This document shows, one piece after another, positions 1 to 9,527 of a stretch of DNA of 64,000 nucleotides. Positions within the stretch are counted from its first letter, which is position 1, and each line of letters begins with the position of its first letter. A model generated the notes under the pieces. It was given only the letters and a program-made list of their open reading frames with translations. It was not told the origin of the DNA and did no database searches. Source of the DNA: Bacteroidota bacterium (lineage in GTDB: Bacteria > Bacteroidota > Ignavibacteria > UBA10030); the NCBI GenBank assembly GCA_041695045.1, contig JBGFRR010000128.1, positions 16,004 through 80,003 of the forward strand, given 5' to 3'. The position numbers were made by a program, and so were the translations under genes.

Positions 1-1
1 C

Positions 2-844
2 GGATTCGACGAAGCGACCGTTGTCGTCGGCTACCTCGGCGAAAAGGTGAAAGAATACATCCTGAAGAACTACTCGATTAATGTGGATTTCGTCGAGCAG
101 GAAGAGCGATTGGGACTGGCGCATGCCATCTATCTTTCCCGCCACACCATTTCTCGCGACCCCGTTCTCATCATCCTCGGGGATACAATTTTTGAGGTCG
201 ACCTCAAGAAGTTGACGGCAAGCGAACATTCGGTCCTTGGGGTGAGAGAAGTCGAAGACCCGCGGCGCTTCGGTGTCGCGGAAACGGCCGACGGCTTCGT
301 TTCGAGGCTCGTCGAAAAACCGGAGAACCCCACCAGCAATCTGGCAATTGTTGGCATCTATTCTATCACCAGGCCGCAGGTGTTGGTGGACTGTCTGAAG
401 GAACTGCTCAAGAAAGACATCCGCACGAAAGGAGAATACCAGCTGACCGACGCACTGCAAATGATGATCGAGCGAGGCGAGAAGATGAAGACGTTCACGA
501 TCGAAGGCTGGTATGATTGCGGCAAACCGGAAACCCTGCTGGCGACCAATCGGCATTTGCTCGAATTGCTTCCGCCGTCCAACGTGAGCGACGGGATTGT
601 CATCAAGCAGCCGGTGTTCATCTCTCCGCGCGCAACCGTCAGGAATGCCGTCATTGGTCCGCATGCGACGGTGGCTGACGGAGCGGTCGTGGAGAACGCG
701 ATCATCCGGAACTCCATCGTGAGCGAAGGCGCGAAGGTGCGGGATGCGCTGCTGGAAAACTCGATTGTCGGCAGCAACGCCGTCGTCCAGGGGTCGTATA
801 GCCGCATCAACGTGGGGGATTCGTCCGAGCTGGAATACTCATAA
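2..844 (+). CDS. sugar-phosphate nucleotidyltransferase (NTP-transferase fold plus C-terminal left-handed beta-helix hexapeptide repeats), 5'-partial: reading frame is open to the window edge
   Basis: Translation from nt 2 ([21 protein letters not shown]...) continues in frame into the listed ORF. GLAHAIY..ILGDTIF core is typical of glucose/mannose-1-phosphate nucleotidyltransferases. C-terminus has repeated [LIV]-G-x-x-x-x hexapeptides ([29 protein letters not shown]). Confidence 0.65.
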   Translation, partial: GFDEATVVVGYLGEKVKEYILKNYSINVDFVEQEERLGLAHAIYLSRHTISRDPVLIILGDTIFEVDLKKLTASEHSVLGVREVEDPRRFGVAETADGFVSRLVEKPENPTSNLAIVGIYSITRPQVLVDCLKELLKKDIRTKGEYQLTDALQMMIERGEKMKTFTIEGWYDCGKPETLLATNRHLLELLPPSNVSDGIVIKQPVFISPRATVRNAVIGPHATVADGAVVENAIIRNSIVSEGAKVRDALLENSIVGSNAVVQGSYSRINVGDSSELEYS

Positions 845-863
845 CGCAACAGCGGAGCATGGA

Positions 864-2006
864 ATGAAGTATCTCTTCACATCGGAGTCGGTTTCGGAAG
901 GCCATCCGGACAAAGTGTGCGACCAAATTTCCGACGCGGTGCTCGATGCCTTGCTCACGCAGGACCCTCGCTCGCGCGTCGCGTGCGAAACCTTCGTGAC
1001 CACCGGCCTTGTGCTGGTGGGGGGAGAGATTACGACGCGTGCGTACATCGAAATCCAGGACATCGTCCGCCAGGTTGTGCGTGAGATCGGCTACACGGAG
1101 GCGGACTATCGGTTCGATGCGGAATCCTGCTCGGTTATCTCCGCCATTCATTCGCAGTCGCCCGATATTGCCATCGGGGTGAACCGCGGCGGCGCCGGCG
1201 ACCAGGGGATGATGTTCGGCTACGCCTCCAACGAAACGCCGGAGCTGATGCCGATGCCGATCATGTTCGCGCATCAGCTCGTGCAGCGTCTTGCCGACAT
1301 CCGCAAGCGGCGCAACGGACAGATGCCCTATCTGCGGCCCGATGCAAAATCGCAGGTGACGGTGGAGTACCATGGACGCAAACCTGTGCGCGTCGACTCG
1401 GTCGTCATCTCCGCGCAGCACGACCCCGGTGTGTCGCAGAAGAGAATTCGTGAGGATGTCGTTGGTTGCGTGATCAAGAAAGTGATTCCGAAGCACTTAA
1501 TCGATTCGCGCACGCGGTATTTTGTGAACCCCACCGGCCGCTTCGAAATCGGCGGGCCGCACGGCGACAGCGGCTTGACGGGACGCAAGATTGTGGTGGA
1601 TACCTACGGCGGCCGCGCGCCGCATGGAGGAGGAGCATTCTCAGGCAAGGACCCGACGAAGGTGGACCGGAGCGCAGCGTACGCGGCGCGTCATGTAGCA
1701 AAGAACATTGTTGCCGCGGGGCTGGCGGGCGAGTGCCTCATTCAGGTTGCCTACGCCATCGGCGTTGCCAAGCCGGTCTCGCTGCACGTGCAAACCTTCG
1801 GCACGGGCGTCATTCCCGACGAGCAGATTGCTCGGATCATCCAGAAGAATGTCGATATGACTCCCCGCGGCATCATCAAGCGGTTAAATCTTCTGCGGCC
1901 GATCTATCGCAAGACGGCGGCGTACGGGCACTTCGGTCGGAGTGAGAAAGAGTTTACATGGGAGAAACTCGACCTCGTCCCGCTCCTCAAACGTGCTGTG
2001 CGATAG
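864..2006 (+). CDS. metK: S-adenosylmethionine synthetase
   Basis: [29 protein letters not shown]... and [27 protein letters not shown] signature motifs. ATG at 864 is in frame with ORF 744; GGAG-like purines upstream. 381 aa. Confidence 0.9.
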   Translation: MKYLFTSESVSEGHPDKVCDQISDAVLDALLTQDPRSRVACETFVTTGLVLVGGEITTRAYIEIQDIVRQVVREIGYTEADYRFDAESCSVISAIHSQSPDIAIGVNRGGAGDQGMMFGYASNETPELMPMPIMFAHQLVQRLADIRKRRNGQMPYLRPDAKSQVTVEYHGRKPVRVDSVVISAQHDPGVSQKRIREDVVGCVIKKVIPKHLIDSRTRYFVNPTGRFEIGGPHGDSGLTGRKIVVDTYGGRAPHGGGAFSGKDPTKVDRSAAYAARHVAKNIVAAGLAGECLIQVAYAIGVAKPVSLHVQTFGTGVIPDEQIARIIQKNVDMTPRGIIKRLNLLRPIYRKTAAYGHFGRSEKEFTWEKLDLVPLLKRAVR

Positions 2007-2118
2007 TGTTATCGTGGACCGCGAGAAATCCTTCGCAGCCGCATCGGCTGTTGTTCGAATCTCGTTCCTCATGCTCTGCGTGGGAACGAGACGAGAATAT
2101 CACTCCTACGGGGATTGT

Positions 2119-2148
2119 AGAGACGCGGAGCGTCTTTCTTTTTGTGTG
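2119..2148 (+). terminator. putative rho-independent terminator after metK (stem agacgc/gcgtct, then TTCTTTTTGTGTG)
   Basis: Perfect 6 bp GC-rich inverted repeat with a 3 nt loop, immediately followed by a T-rich run on the + strand. Confidence 0.4.
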
Positions 2149-2216
2149 CCGACGGGGACCCTCGGCACAAGATAAGATAAACAACGTATTCACCACTCAC
2201 ACACAGTTCTACGTCT

Positions 2217-3497
2217 ATGAATGAGAAAAAAGGAATCTACAAAGTCCGCGACCTCTCGCTTGCCGAGGCCGGCCGCCTGCGCATCGATTGGGCAGAATCC
2301 CGCATGCCCGTGCTGATGGCGCTGCGCGAGCAATACCGGAAGACAAAACCTTTCAAGGGCTTCCGCATTGCCGGCTGCCTCCACGTCACCAAAGAGACCG
2401 CAGTGCTCGTGCGGACGTTTGCCGATACCGGGGCAGAGGTCAGCTGGAGCGGCTGCAATCCGCTTTCAACGCAGGATGATGTTGCCGCTGCACTGGCCGA
2501 CGAAGGCATCTCGATTTTCGCCTGGCACGGCATGAACGTGAAAGAATTCTACTGGTGCATCGAGCAGACGCTCAAGTTCCAGCCCAACCTCACGCTCGAT
2601 GACGGCGCCGACTTAATCTTCACCATCCACAATAAATATCCTGAGATGGCGCAGAACGGCATCATCGGCGGAACGGAGGAGACGACGACCGGCGTCCAGC
2701 GGTTACGCGCGATGGCCAACGACGGAGCGCTGCGGTATCCGGTCATCGCCGTGAACGATGCGGAGACGAAGTGGGATTTCGATAACGTGTTCGGCACCGG
2801 TCAGTCGACGCTCGACGGCATTCTCCGCGCAACGAGTGTGTTGATCGCCGGTAAGAATGTCGTCGTGGCGGGCTTCGGCCATTGCGGACGCGGTGTGGCA
2901 ATGCGCGCGAAAGGTCTGGGCGCGAATGTGATCGTGACGGAGGTCAAACCCACCGCCGCGCTCAAGGCAACGTTAGAAGGCTTCCGCGTGATGCCGATGG
3001 ATGAAGCGGCGAAGGTGGGCGATGTATTTATCACGGCGACAGGCGTCAACGATGTTATCGTGGAGCGGCACTTCAAGCGGATGAAGGATGGGGCAATCGT
3101 CTGCAACACGGGGCACTACGACTGTGAGATCAACATTGAACATCTCAAGAAGTTAGCCAAGCGCGTGCGAGGGGTTCGAGCGGACAACGAAGAGTACATG
3201 CTCCGGGATGGACGGCGCATCTACCTGCTTGCGAAAGGTCGGCTTGTGAACTTAGCTGCGGCCGAGGGTCATCCGTCTGAAGTGATGGATATGTCGTTCG
3301 CCAATCAATTCATGTCGCAGTTGCGGCTGGTGGAGCTGTTCACGCAAGGGAAGCGGCTTGAGAACGGCGTCTCTACCATCCTGCCCGAGCAAGATCAGGA
3401 CATAGCGCGAGTAAAATTGCGGACCATGGGGCTTGCCATCGATACGCTGACCCGTGCTCAAGAGAAGTACCTGACCGATTACTCCGCCGGCACGTAG
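2217..3497 (+). CDS. ahcY: adenosylhomocysteinase (S-adenosyl-L-homocysteine hydrolase)
   Basis: 426 aa. N-terminus YKVRDLSLAEAGRLRIDWAESRMPVLMALRE and NAD-binding GKNVVVAGFGHCGRGVA are diagnostic of SAHH. Confidence 0.9.
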   Translation: MNEKKGIYKVRDLSLAEAGRLRIDWAESRMPVLMALREQYRKTKPFKGFRIAGCLHVTKETAVLVRTFADTGAEVSWSGCNPLSTQDDVAAALADEGISIFAWHGMNVKEFYWCIEQTLKFQPNLTLDDGADLIFTIHNKYPEMAQNGIIGGTEETTTGVQRLRAMANDGALRYPVIAVNDAETKWDFDNVFGTGQSTLDGILRATSVLIAGKNVVVAGFGHCGRGVAMRAKGLGANVIVTEVKPTAALKATLEGFRVMPMDEAAKVGDVFITATGVNDVIVERHFKRMKDGAIVCNTGHYDCEINIEHLKKLAKRVRGVRADNEEYMLRDGRRIYLLAKGRLVNLAAAEGHPSEVMDMSFANQFMSQLRLVELFTQGKRLENGVSTILPEQDQDIARVKLRTMGLAIDTLTRAQEKYLTDYSAGT

Positions 3498-3522
3498 CAA
3501 GCCAGAAACGGCTATTCATGGC

Positions 3523-3551
3523 TTGACTTTCTACAGTTGGCCGGATATATT
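3523..3551 (+). promoter_or_regulatory. candidate sigma-70-type promoter (TTGACT - 17 nt - TATATT) upstream of the Crp/Fnr gene
   Basis: TTGACTttctacagttggccggaTATATT lies about 65 nt upstream of the ATG at 3618. Match to the -35/-10 consensus with 17 nt spacing was read directly. Confidence 0.35.
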
Positions 3552-3617
3552 GATGCGCAGGTTCGACGACGGAGTGGAGCCTGCACCGGTTGAATCGCCT
3601 GTCCTCCCACACCATCC

Positions 3618-4301
3618 ATGACAGAAGAATTGAGCTTCTTACGCAACGTTCCGATCTTCGCCGACCTGGAAGATGCGGATCTCAAAAAGATCGCCAAGCT
3701 CGGTGTCCGCAAGAAGTATAAGAAAGGGAGCATCGTTGTGTTGGAGGAAGAGCTTGGGGCAGCGCTCTTTGTGATCGTGTCGGGTAAAGTGAAGGTTGTG
3801 CGGATGGATGAAGACGGACGCGAAGTCATTCTCTCGATATTCGGCCCCGGCGAATTCTTTGGGGAGATGTCATTGCTCGACGGCATGGCGCGCTCGGCCA
3901 GCGTCGTTGCCACGGCGAAGTCGGAGCTGTTCATGATCCACCGGCGAGACTTCCTCGACCTGCTGCACGACTATCCCAAAGTTGCCATCGCTCTTTTGGG
4001 TGAGTTAGCCATGCGGTTGCGGAAAGCGGACGGGCAGATCAAAAGTCTCTCGCTCAAAGACGCAGCCGGCCGTGTGGCGAATGTGCTCCTGATGCTAGCG
4101 GACGATATCGGGATGTTTCGCAAAGGGAAAGTGGAGATCGACGATCTCCCGCTGCAGCAGGATATGGCCAGCATGGCCGGGACTTCGCGCGAAACGGTGT
4201 CGCGTGTGATCCACCAGTTTATCCGCAAAGGCCATGTGCGCATGGAAGGAAACAAGCTGACCATCAACGACTACGAAGCCTTCCGTAAGCGGTATGTGTA
4301 G
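3618..4301 (+). CDS. Crp/Fnr-family transcriptional regulator (cNMP-binding domain plus C-terminal HTH)
   Basis: GPGEFFGEMSLLDG..RSASVVA cNMP-binding beta-roll motif. C-terminal SRETVSRVIHQF recognition-helix-like segment. 227 aa. Confidence 0.8.
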   Translation: MTEELSFLRNVPIFADLEDADLKKIAKLGVRKKYKKGSIVVLEEELGAALFVIVSGKVKVVRMDEDGREVILSIFGPGEFFGEMSLLDGMARSASVVATAKSELFMIHRRDFLDLLHDYPKVAIALLGELAMRLRKADGQIKSLSLKDAAGRVANVLLMLADDIGMFRKGKVEIDDLPLQQDMASMAGTSRETVSRVIHQFIRKGHVRMEGNKLTINDYEAFRKRYV

Positions 4302-4315
4302 CGCGGCCGCGGCCC

Positions 4316-5230
4316 GTGAAGGGGAAGACGAATGACGACGAGTTTATGGACGTGACGGAGGCATTGCTGCACAATCTGGACTCATCAGGAGCGGAGAGTA
4401 CGGCGGAAGGTGGCATCGCCGACCTGCATCTTCATACTACTCACTCGGACGGAGCGCTTTCTCCTCACGACCTCGTGCAGAAAGCCCGTGACGCCGGCCT
4501 GAACACTATTGCCATTACCGACCACGACAACGTTGCCGCGCTTGACGAAGCGATTGAGTGGGGCAGGAGCATGGGCGTCGAGGTCATCACCGGCCTCGAA
4601 CTCAGTGTAACGCTCAGTGAAAAGGATGTCCACATTCTCGCCTACTTCTTCGACCGTAAGAATCCAAACCTTCTCGAGTATCTCGAATTCTTCCGCCGAG
4701 AGCGCCTCAAACGTGCCGAGCGCATCGTCCAGAAGCTCAACAGCATCAACATCTCCCTCGATCTTCACGATGTTCTTGAACAGGCCGGCATCGGTTCCGT
4801 CGGCAGGCCGCATATTGCCAACGCGCTGGTCGAACAGGGGATGATCGGCTCCTATCACGAAGCATTCGAGAAGTACATCGGCGTGAACGGTCCGGCGTAT
4901 GAAGAAAAGTACCACATCTCGCCAGCCGATGCGTTCAAACTCATTGCGTCATCGGGCGGGCTTTCGTTCCTCGCCCACCCCGGCAAATACATGACCGAAG
5001 TCGAAATCTCTGCGTTGATTCAATCGGGACTCGACGGGATTGAAGTCGTTCATCCGTCGCACAGCCCGACGCTACAGGAGTATTACCGCGGCGTGGTCAA
5101 CCACTACTTTTTGCTCGAAAGCGGCGGCTCGGATTTTCACGGCGGGAAGAAGAATGACGAGTACGCGTTTGGTCATTCCGTCGTCCCCATGCACGTTGTG
5201 CATGCGATGCGGAAGCGACTCTTTTCGTGA
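4316..5230 (+). CDS. PHP-domain phosphoesterase (TrpH/YciV-like)
   Basis: DLHLHTTHSDGALSPHDLVQKARDAGLNTIAITDHDNVAAL, the PHP His-rich metal site. GTG start at 4316; alternative ATG at MDVTEALL. Confidence 0.7.
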   Translation: MKGKTNDDEFMDVTEALLHNLDSSGAESTAEGGIADLHLHTTHSDGALSPHDLVQKARDAGLNTIAITDHDNVAALDEAIEWGRSMGVEVITGLELSVTLSEKDVHILAYFFDRKNPNLLEYLEFFRRERLKRAERIVQKLNSINISLDLHDVLEQAGIGSVGRPHIANALVEQGMIGSYHEAFEKYIGVNGPAYEEKYHISPADAFKLIASSGGLSFLAHPGKYMTEVEISALIQSGLDGIEVVHPSHSPTLQEYYRGVVNHYFLLESGGSDFHGGKKNDEYAFGHSVVPMHVVHAMRKRLFS

Positions 5231-5236
5231 GGCCGT

Positions 5237-5728
5237 GTGAAGAGACGACGCACAGGACCTCGACGGTTGCTGCTTTCCGCGCGCGGGCTGCGCATCGCAG
5301 TCATCGTCAGCCGGTTCAATGAGGATATTACGGCGAGGTTATTGAACGGTGCGCAGGAGTGTCTTCGACGGCACGGTGCGTTGGAACACAATGTCGGCGT
5401 CTTCTGGTGTCCCGGTGCGTTTGAGTTGCCGCAAGTGGCGGGCGTTCTCGCCGCATCGAAGCGCTGGGATGCAATTGTTTGCTTAGGCGCGGTGATACGC
5501 GGTGAGACGGCGCACTTCGAATACGTTGCCGCCGAGGCAGCGCGCGGCATCCAGCAGGTTGCGCTTCAGTGGGGATTGCCGGTGACGTTCGGCGTGCTGA
5601 CGACGGAGAATGAACGTCAGGCAAAAGAGCGCGCCGGCGGACGCCGCGGGAACAAAGGCTGGGATGCAGCCCTCGCCGCCATCGAGATGGCAGCATGGAT
5701 GAAACAACGGACAAGAAAACACAGGTAA
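5237..5728 (+). CDS. ribH: 6,7-dimethyl-8-ribityllumazine synthase
   Basis: RIAVIVSRFNEDIT...GAFELP...AIVCLGAVIRGETAHFEYVA core motifs of lumazine synthase. GTG start as listed; the true start may be slightly downstream. Confidence 0.85.
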   Translation: MKRRRTGPRRLLLSARGLRIAVIVSRFNEDITARLLNGAQECLRRHGALEHNVGVFWCPGAFELPQVAGVLAASKRWDAIVCLGAVIRGETAHFEYVAAEAARGIQQVALQWGLPVTFGVLTTENERQAKERAGGRRGNKGWDAALAAIEMAAWMKQRTRKHR

Positions 5729-5732
5729 CGGA

Positions 5733-8030
5733 ATGATCCGAACGGTGGGGATGGTGTTGTGCGCTCTTGTGCCGATGTACGCTCAGGTCATTGCACAAGG
5801 GTCCGTGAGGATCGGACAGTGGAAAAGTTACACGGACATGAGTGCCGTGCGGGCTGCAACATTGAGCGCCGACTCGATCTGGGCGGCCACGGCCGGCGGC
5901 GTCTTCCTGTATCAGCATTCCGCCGGTCGCTTCACGACCTTTACGAACTCCGAGGGCATCAGCTCGAACGACGTCACTACCACCACCATCGACCGGCAGG
6001 GACGCGTGTGGATCGGGATGGCGAACGGCTTTGTGAATGTGTATGACCCTACGACAGAGCGGTGGACGGAGATCAGCGAGATACGCGATTCGAACCGCCC
6101 GCAAAAAGGGATACGCTGTTTCTTTGCCGTGCGGGATACGGTGTTCATCGGTACGGATTTCGGCATTGTGGTGTTCATCCCTTCGCGCTGGACGTTTGGT
6201 GATACGTATGCGAACTTCGGGTTTGCGACGCAACCGCGCGTCAACGGCCTGCTCGTGCATCGCAACACCCTCTGGGTAGCGACGGAAGGAGGTATTGCGC
6301 GGGCGTCGCTTTCACAATTGAACCTCTCCTCGCCGACGGCGTGGAGCAGATTCCTGACAGGCGCGGGAGCGGCCTCGCGCAACGTGACCTCAGTGAGTGT
6401 GTTCAGAGACACGGTGGTCTTTGGCACCGGAACTGGTCTCTGGTATTATGGCGACCCGTTCTATACCAAACCGCAGCAGTTTGAGTTCAAGCACGTCGTT
6501 GCTCTTTCCCCAGTCGGGACGTCGCTCTGGGTTCTCATCAACAATGCTCTGGGCTACGCGGTCGAGACCGTACCATCGCTGGAAGGTACACCCACCGTCT
6601 TTGCTTCATCGCCGGAAGAACAGGCAACCGCAATGCTTGTCCGTGGAACATCCGAGCTTTGGGTTGGCACAACACGGCAAGGACTTGTGCGGTGGACTGG
6701 AACCGCGTGGGAATCCAGGAAGCCCTCAGGTCCAAGATCGAATCTGTTCATCAGCGTCGCTGTCGATGACCGCGGCGCGGTGTGGGGAGCGTCGGGCATT
6801 AGCGATCGTGGCAGAGGATTCTATCGCTTCGATCCCACGCTTGAACCGGAGAACCAGTGGAAGAATTTCCACCGTGAGAACTATCCGGTGATGGCATCCG
6901 ACGACTACTATAAGGTATCGGTGGGCGCCGGGGGTTCGGTATGGGCGAGTGCATGGGGGTATGGAGTGGTGGAGGTTGTGAAGGATACCGTGAGGAGACG
7001 CATCCACGCTACGTCCAGACCGAGTCTCGCAGGGGCTGTTCCTGAAGATCCGAATTTTGTCGTCGTCGGCAGTGTCGTTTCCGATGTATCGGGCGGGACG
7101 TGGTTTGTCAATCGGTCGGCAATCAACGGCTTCTATCTTGCCCGGCTGACCGGCGACACAACGATGACCTACTTTTCGAAGACAGTGTTTCCGGCAGAGG
7201 GGCGGCTGACCAACATGGTGGTCGACCGGTTTGGCACGAAGTGGGTTGCAAGCTCCGAGCCGTTTAACAAGCCTGCAACGGGTCTGGTGTATTTCAATGA
7301 GAACCCGGCCATCGTCAGTGGAACGCAAGCGACGAACGGGTGGGGATTACTCACCGCCCCGTCGATTCCGGACAACAACGTGCTTGCGCTTGCCCTCGAT
7401 CAGCATGGCGATGTGTGCGTGGGAACGGATGCAGGAATGGTCTTGATCGTTAACCCCCGTGCGCCGCATGCTTCCGGTAGTATCAGGACGGTCAGGCCGG
7501 TGGTTGGGCAGGTGGTTCAGGCGATCGCCGTCGACGCCGTCAATAATAAATGGGTCGGCACGCGTGAAGGCATCGTCGTTACAAGCCCGGACGGCACGTT
7601 CTTGCTGCACCACTATACGGTCGAGAGCACAGGAGGCAAGCTGATCGATAACGACATCAGGTCGATTGCCATCGACCAGCGGCGCGGTATTGTGTACGTG
7701 GGAACGGAGAGCGGCCTTTCCAGCCTTGCCATCGGGCCGGTGCAGAGTGCACGCTCATACACGACATTAGAATTTGCACCGAACCCGTTCGTGCTTCCCG
7801 CAGAGCAGCAACTGGTGATCACCAATCTTGTGCTGAACTCCTCCATCAAAATCCTTTCGTCGAGCGGAGCGCTGGTGTCGGAATTCTCCGCACAGGGAGG
7901 GGGACGCGCGTTCTGGGACGGGAGGGATCGCGACGGGACGTTGGTTCCATCCGGAGTGTATTTTATTGTGGCACATGCGGAAAATGGCAATCAGGTTACT
8001 ACAGGCAAGGTTGCTGTTGTTCGAAAGTGA
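5733..8030 (+). CDS. secreted beta-propeller protein built from two-component-regulator-propeller (Reg_prop-like) repeats with a T9SS-type C-terminal sorting domain
   Basis: Signal-peptide-like N-terminus MIRTVGMVLCALVPMYAQV. Repeated ...G.VW.GT..GL.... blades. C-terminal ...FWDGRDRDGTLVPSGVYFIVAHAENGNQVT resembles type-A T9SS C-terminal domains. Confidence 0.6.
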   Translation: MIRTVGMVLCALVPMYAQVIAQGSVRIGQWKSYTDMSAVRAATLSADSIWAATAGGVFLYQHSAGRFTTFTNSEGISSNDVTTTTIDRQGRVWIGMANGFVNVYDPTTERWTEISEIRDSNRPQKGIRCFFAVRDTVFIGTDFGIVVFIPSRWTFGDTYANFGFATQPRVNGLLVHRNTLWVATEGGIARASLSQLNLSSPTAWSRFLTGAGAASRNVTSVSVFRDTVVFGTGTGLWYYGDPFYTKPQQFEFKHVVALSPVGTSLWVLINNALGYAVETVPSLEGTPTVFASSPEEQATAMLVRGTSELWVGTTRQGLVRWTGTAWESRKPSGPRSNLFISVAVDDRGAVWGASGISDRGRGFYRFDPTLEPENQWKNFHRENYPVMASDDYYKVSVGAGGSVWASAWGYGVVEVVKDTVRRRIHATSRPSLAGAVPEDPNFVVVGSVVSDVSGGTWFVNRSAINGFYLARLTGDTTMTYFSKTVFPAEGRLTNMVVDRFGTKWVASSEPFNKPATGLVYFNENPAIVSGTQATNGWGLLTAPSIPDNNVLALALDQHGDVCVGTDAGMVLIVNPRAPHASGSIRTVRPVVGQVVQAIAVDAVNNKWVGTREGIVVTSPDGTFLLHHYTVESTGGKLIDNDIRSIAIDQRRGIVYVGTESGLSSLAIGPVQSARSYTTLEFAPNPFVLPAEQQLVITNLVLNSSIKILSSSGALVSEFSAQGGGRAFWDGRDRDGTLVPSGVYFIVAHAENGNQVTTGKVAVVRK

Positions 8031-8135
8031 CTGACGGGAGGATTTGTGAATCGAGGTCCGTGACATTGTGTGAGTCGACGAAGACGTTCACCATCCACAG
8101 GATCAACCAGTTACACATACAGGGAGGGTAAGACC

Positions 8136-8432
8136 ATGGAAAACTCGTACAAAGACGAAATCTTCACCAAGCGTGTGCGGGCCGGCAAGCGCACCTACTT
8201 CTTCGATGTCAAGTCGACAAAATCGGAGAAAGACTTCTTCATCACCATCACCGAAAGCAAGCGCGTGGGAGAGCAGCAGTATGAGAAGCACAAGATCTTT
8301 CTGTATAAGGAAGATTTTGAGAAATTCCGTACCGCCCTCGTAGAGACCGTCGTCTACATTCAGGATAACCTGCTCGAGCCGCAAGCTCCAACCGACGGTG
8401 TGATGAATACCGAAGTCGAGAAGTCGTTCTAG
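8136..8432 (+). CDS. DUF3276 / PUR-alpha-like nucleic-acid-binding protein
   Basis: MENSYKDEIFTKRVRAGKRTYFFDVKSTKSEKDFFITITESKR...HKIFLYKEDFEKF, the repeated PUR-like module. ATG at 8136 is preceded by AGGGAGGG. The listed ORF start at 8070 is probably over-extended. Confidence 0.5.
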   Translation: MENSYKDEIFTKRVRAGKRTYFFDVKSTKSEKDFFITITESKRVGEQQYEKHKIFLYKEDFEKFRTALVETVVYIQDNLLEPQAPTDGVMNTEVEKSF

Positions 8433-8462
8433 TGAGTCATTGAGAACGGTCGTTTCTTCGTC

Positions 8463-8510
8463 AAGCCCTCCTTCGGATCTGCCGGATTCGAGAGGAGGGC
8501 TTTTTCTTGT
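8463..8510 (+). terminator. rho-independent terminator (9 bp stem agccctcct/aggagggct followed by TTTTTCTTGTT)
   Basis: Perfect 9 bp inverted repeat with an internal loop and a T-run, 30 nt after the DUF3276 stop. Confidence 0.55.
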
Positions 8511-8658
8511 TGCAATGCGACGTGTGCTGCCGGAATTCTCCTTGACTATCACCCCCCTTTTGGTTATCTTTTGACTGCTTTTTCTGAAAAATTGACATCT
8601 TTTCTCCGATTTTGCTGGCTGATGTATCAAGCCTCCAGCTCGGTCGGGGGCGCCTCGT

Positions 8659-9168
8659 GTGAGCGAGCTGGTTATTAACATATCGCGGTTGTCCCTTGGC
8701 GTTCACCGGTACACGCTGGAAACGACGCCGGAAGATATCGGGCTTGACGAGCGGTTTGATGCCGCCATCCGTGTTGGCGCAACGCTTGAAAAAAGCCCGC
8801 GGCAGCTCATGGCAACAGTCGAACTGTCCGCCGAAGGTACGTTCGTCTGCGACCGGTGCCTGGATGATTTTCGCCGGACGATCATGACGGGGTATGCGAT
8901 CATGTACGTCATGCACGAACATCCTGTCGAGGGGATCGAAAAGGAGCATGAGGTTCAACGTATTCATCCCGATGCGAATATCATCGACCTGGGAGAAGAT
9001 GTCCGGCAGTATATAATCCTCGCGGTGCCGCAGAAGCAGTTGTGCCGTGAATCCTGTGCTGGGTTATGCCCCATGTGCGGTGTCAACAAGAATCACACAA
9101 CGTGCACGTGTGCTGATGAGGAGATCGACCCCCGCTGGCTTACTCTGAAACAGAAGCTGAAGAATTGA
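8659..9168 (+). CDS. yceD: YceD/DUF177-family protein (large-subunit rRNA accumulation protein), the conserved partner upstream of rpmF
   Basis: Cys-rich C-terminus CRESCAGLCPMCGVNKNHTTCTC and synteny immediately upstream of rpmF-plsX. GTG start. Confidence 0.65.
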   Translation: MSELVINISRLSLGVHRYTLETTPEDIGLDERFDAAIRVGATLEKSPRQLMATVELSAEGTFVCDRCLDDFRRTIMTGYAIMYVMHEHPVEGIEKEHEVQRIHPDANIIDLGEDVRQYIILAVPQKQLCRESCAGLCPMCGVNKNHTTCTCADEEIDPRWLTLKQKLKN

Positions 9169-9195
9169 GACCATCGTTTGCAAAGGAACTGATCC

Positions 9196-9378
9196 ATGCC
9201 AAACCCGAAACGACGCCATTCCAAGTCACGCAGCCGCAAACGCCGGACCCACTACAAGGCCTCAGCACCCGCGACGGCCGAATGCCCTCAATGCCACGAA
9301 CAGAAACTCCAGCACCGAGCATGCTCTCACTGCGGTTATTACGGCGGGCGCTCCCTGTTTGTGCCGAAGGAAAGCTGA
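9196..9378 (+). CDS. rpmF: 50S ribosomal protein L32
   Basis: MPNPKRRHSKSRSRKRRTHYK... and CPQCHEQKLQHRACSHCGYY zinc ribbon. 60 aa. Confidence 0.9.
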   Translation: MPNPKRRHSKSRSRKRRTHYKASAPATAECPQCHEQKLQHRACSHCGYYGGRSLFVPKES

Positions 9379-9527
9379 GATTGCCCAAAAGAGGTGAGCG
9401 ACGCACACCACGGTGTTCCTCTACGTGTGTTCAGTCAATCCAAGAGAACCAGTCAAGTCCCGAAGAAAAACGTTTCGCCCCGTCGGTCATGCTTGCACTG
9501 TACTGATGAGTTTGTAGCGGCAATGCC

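Noticed and set aside
844-863. Possible SAM riboswitch upstream of metK
   Set aside because: Only about 20 nt separate metK from the upstream gene's stop. This is far too short for any SAM riboswitch class.
2050-2070. GTTCGAATC motif resembling a tRNA TpsiC loop in the metK-ahcY spacer
   Set aside because: Flanking bases cannot form a 5 bp T-stem, and no acceptor or anticodon arms could be built. It is not a tRNA.
8461-8967. 168-aa minus-strand ORF
   Set aside because: It overlaps the yceD (DUF177) gene and its 5' part covers a clear + strand terminator. No motif support.
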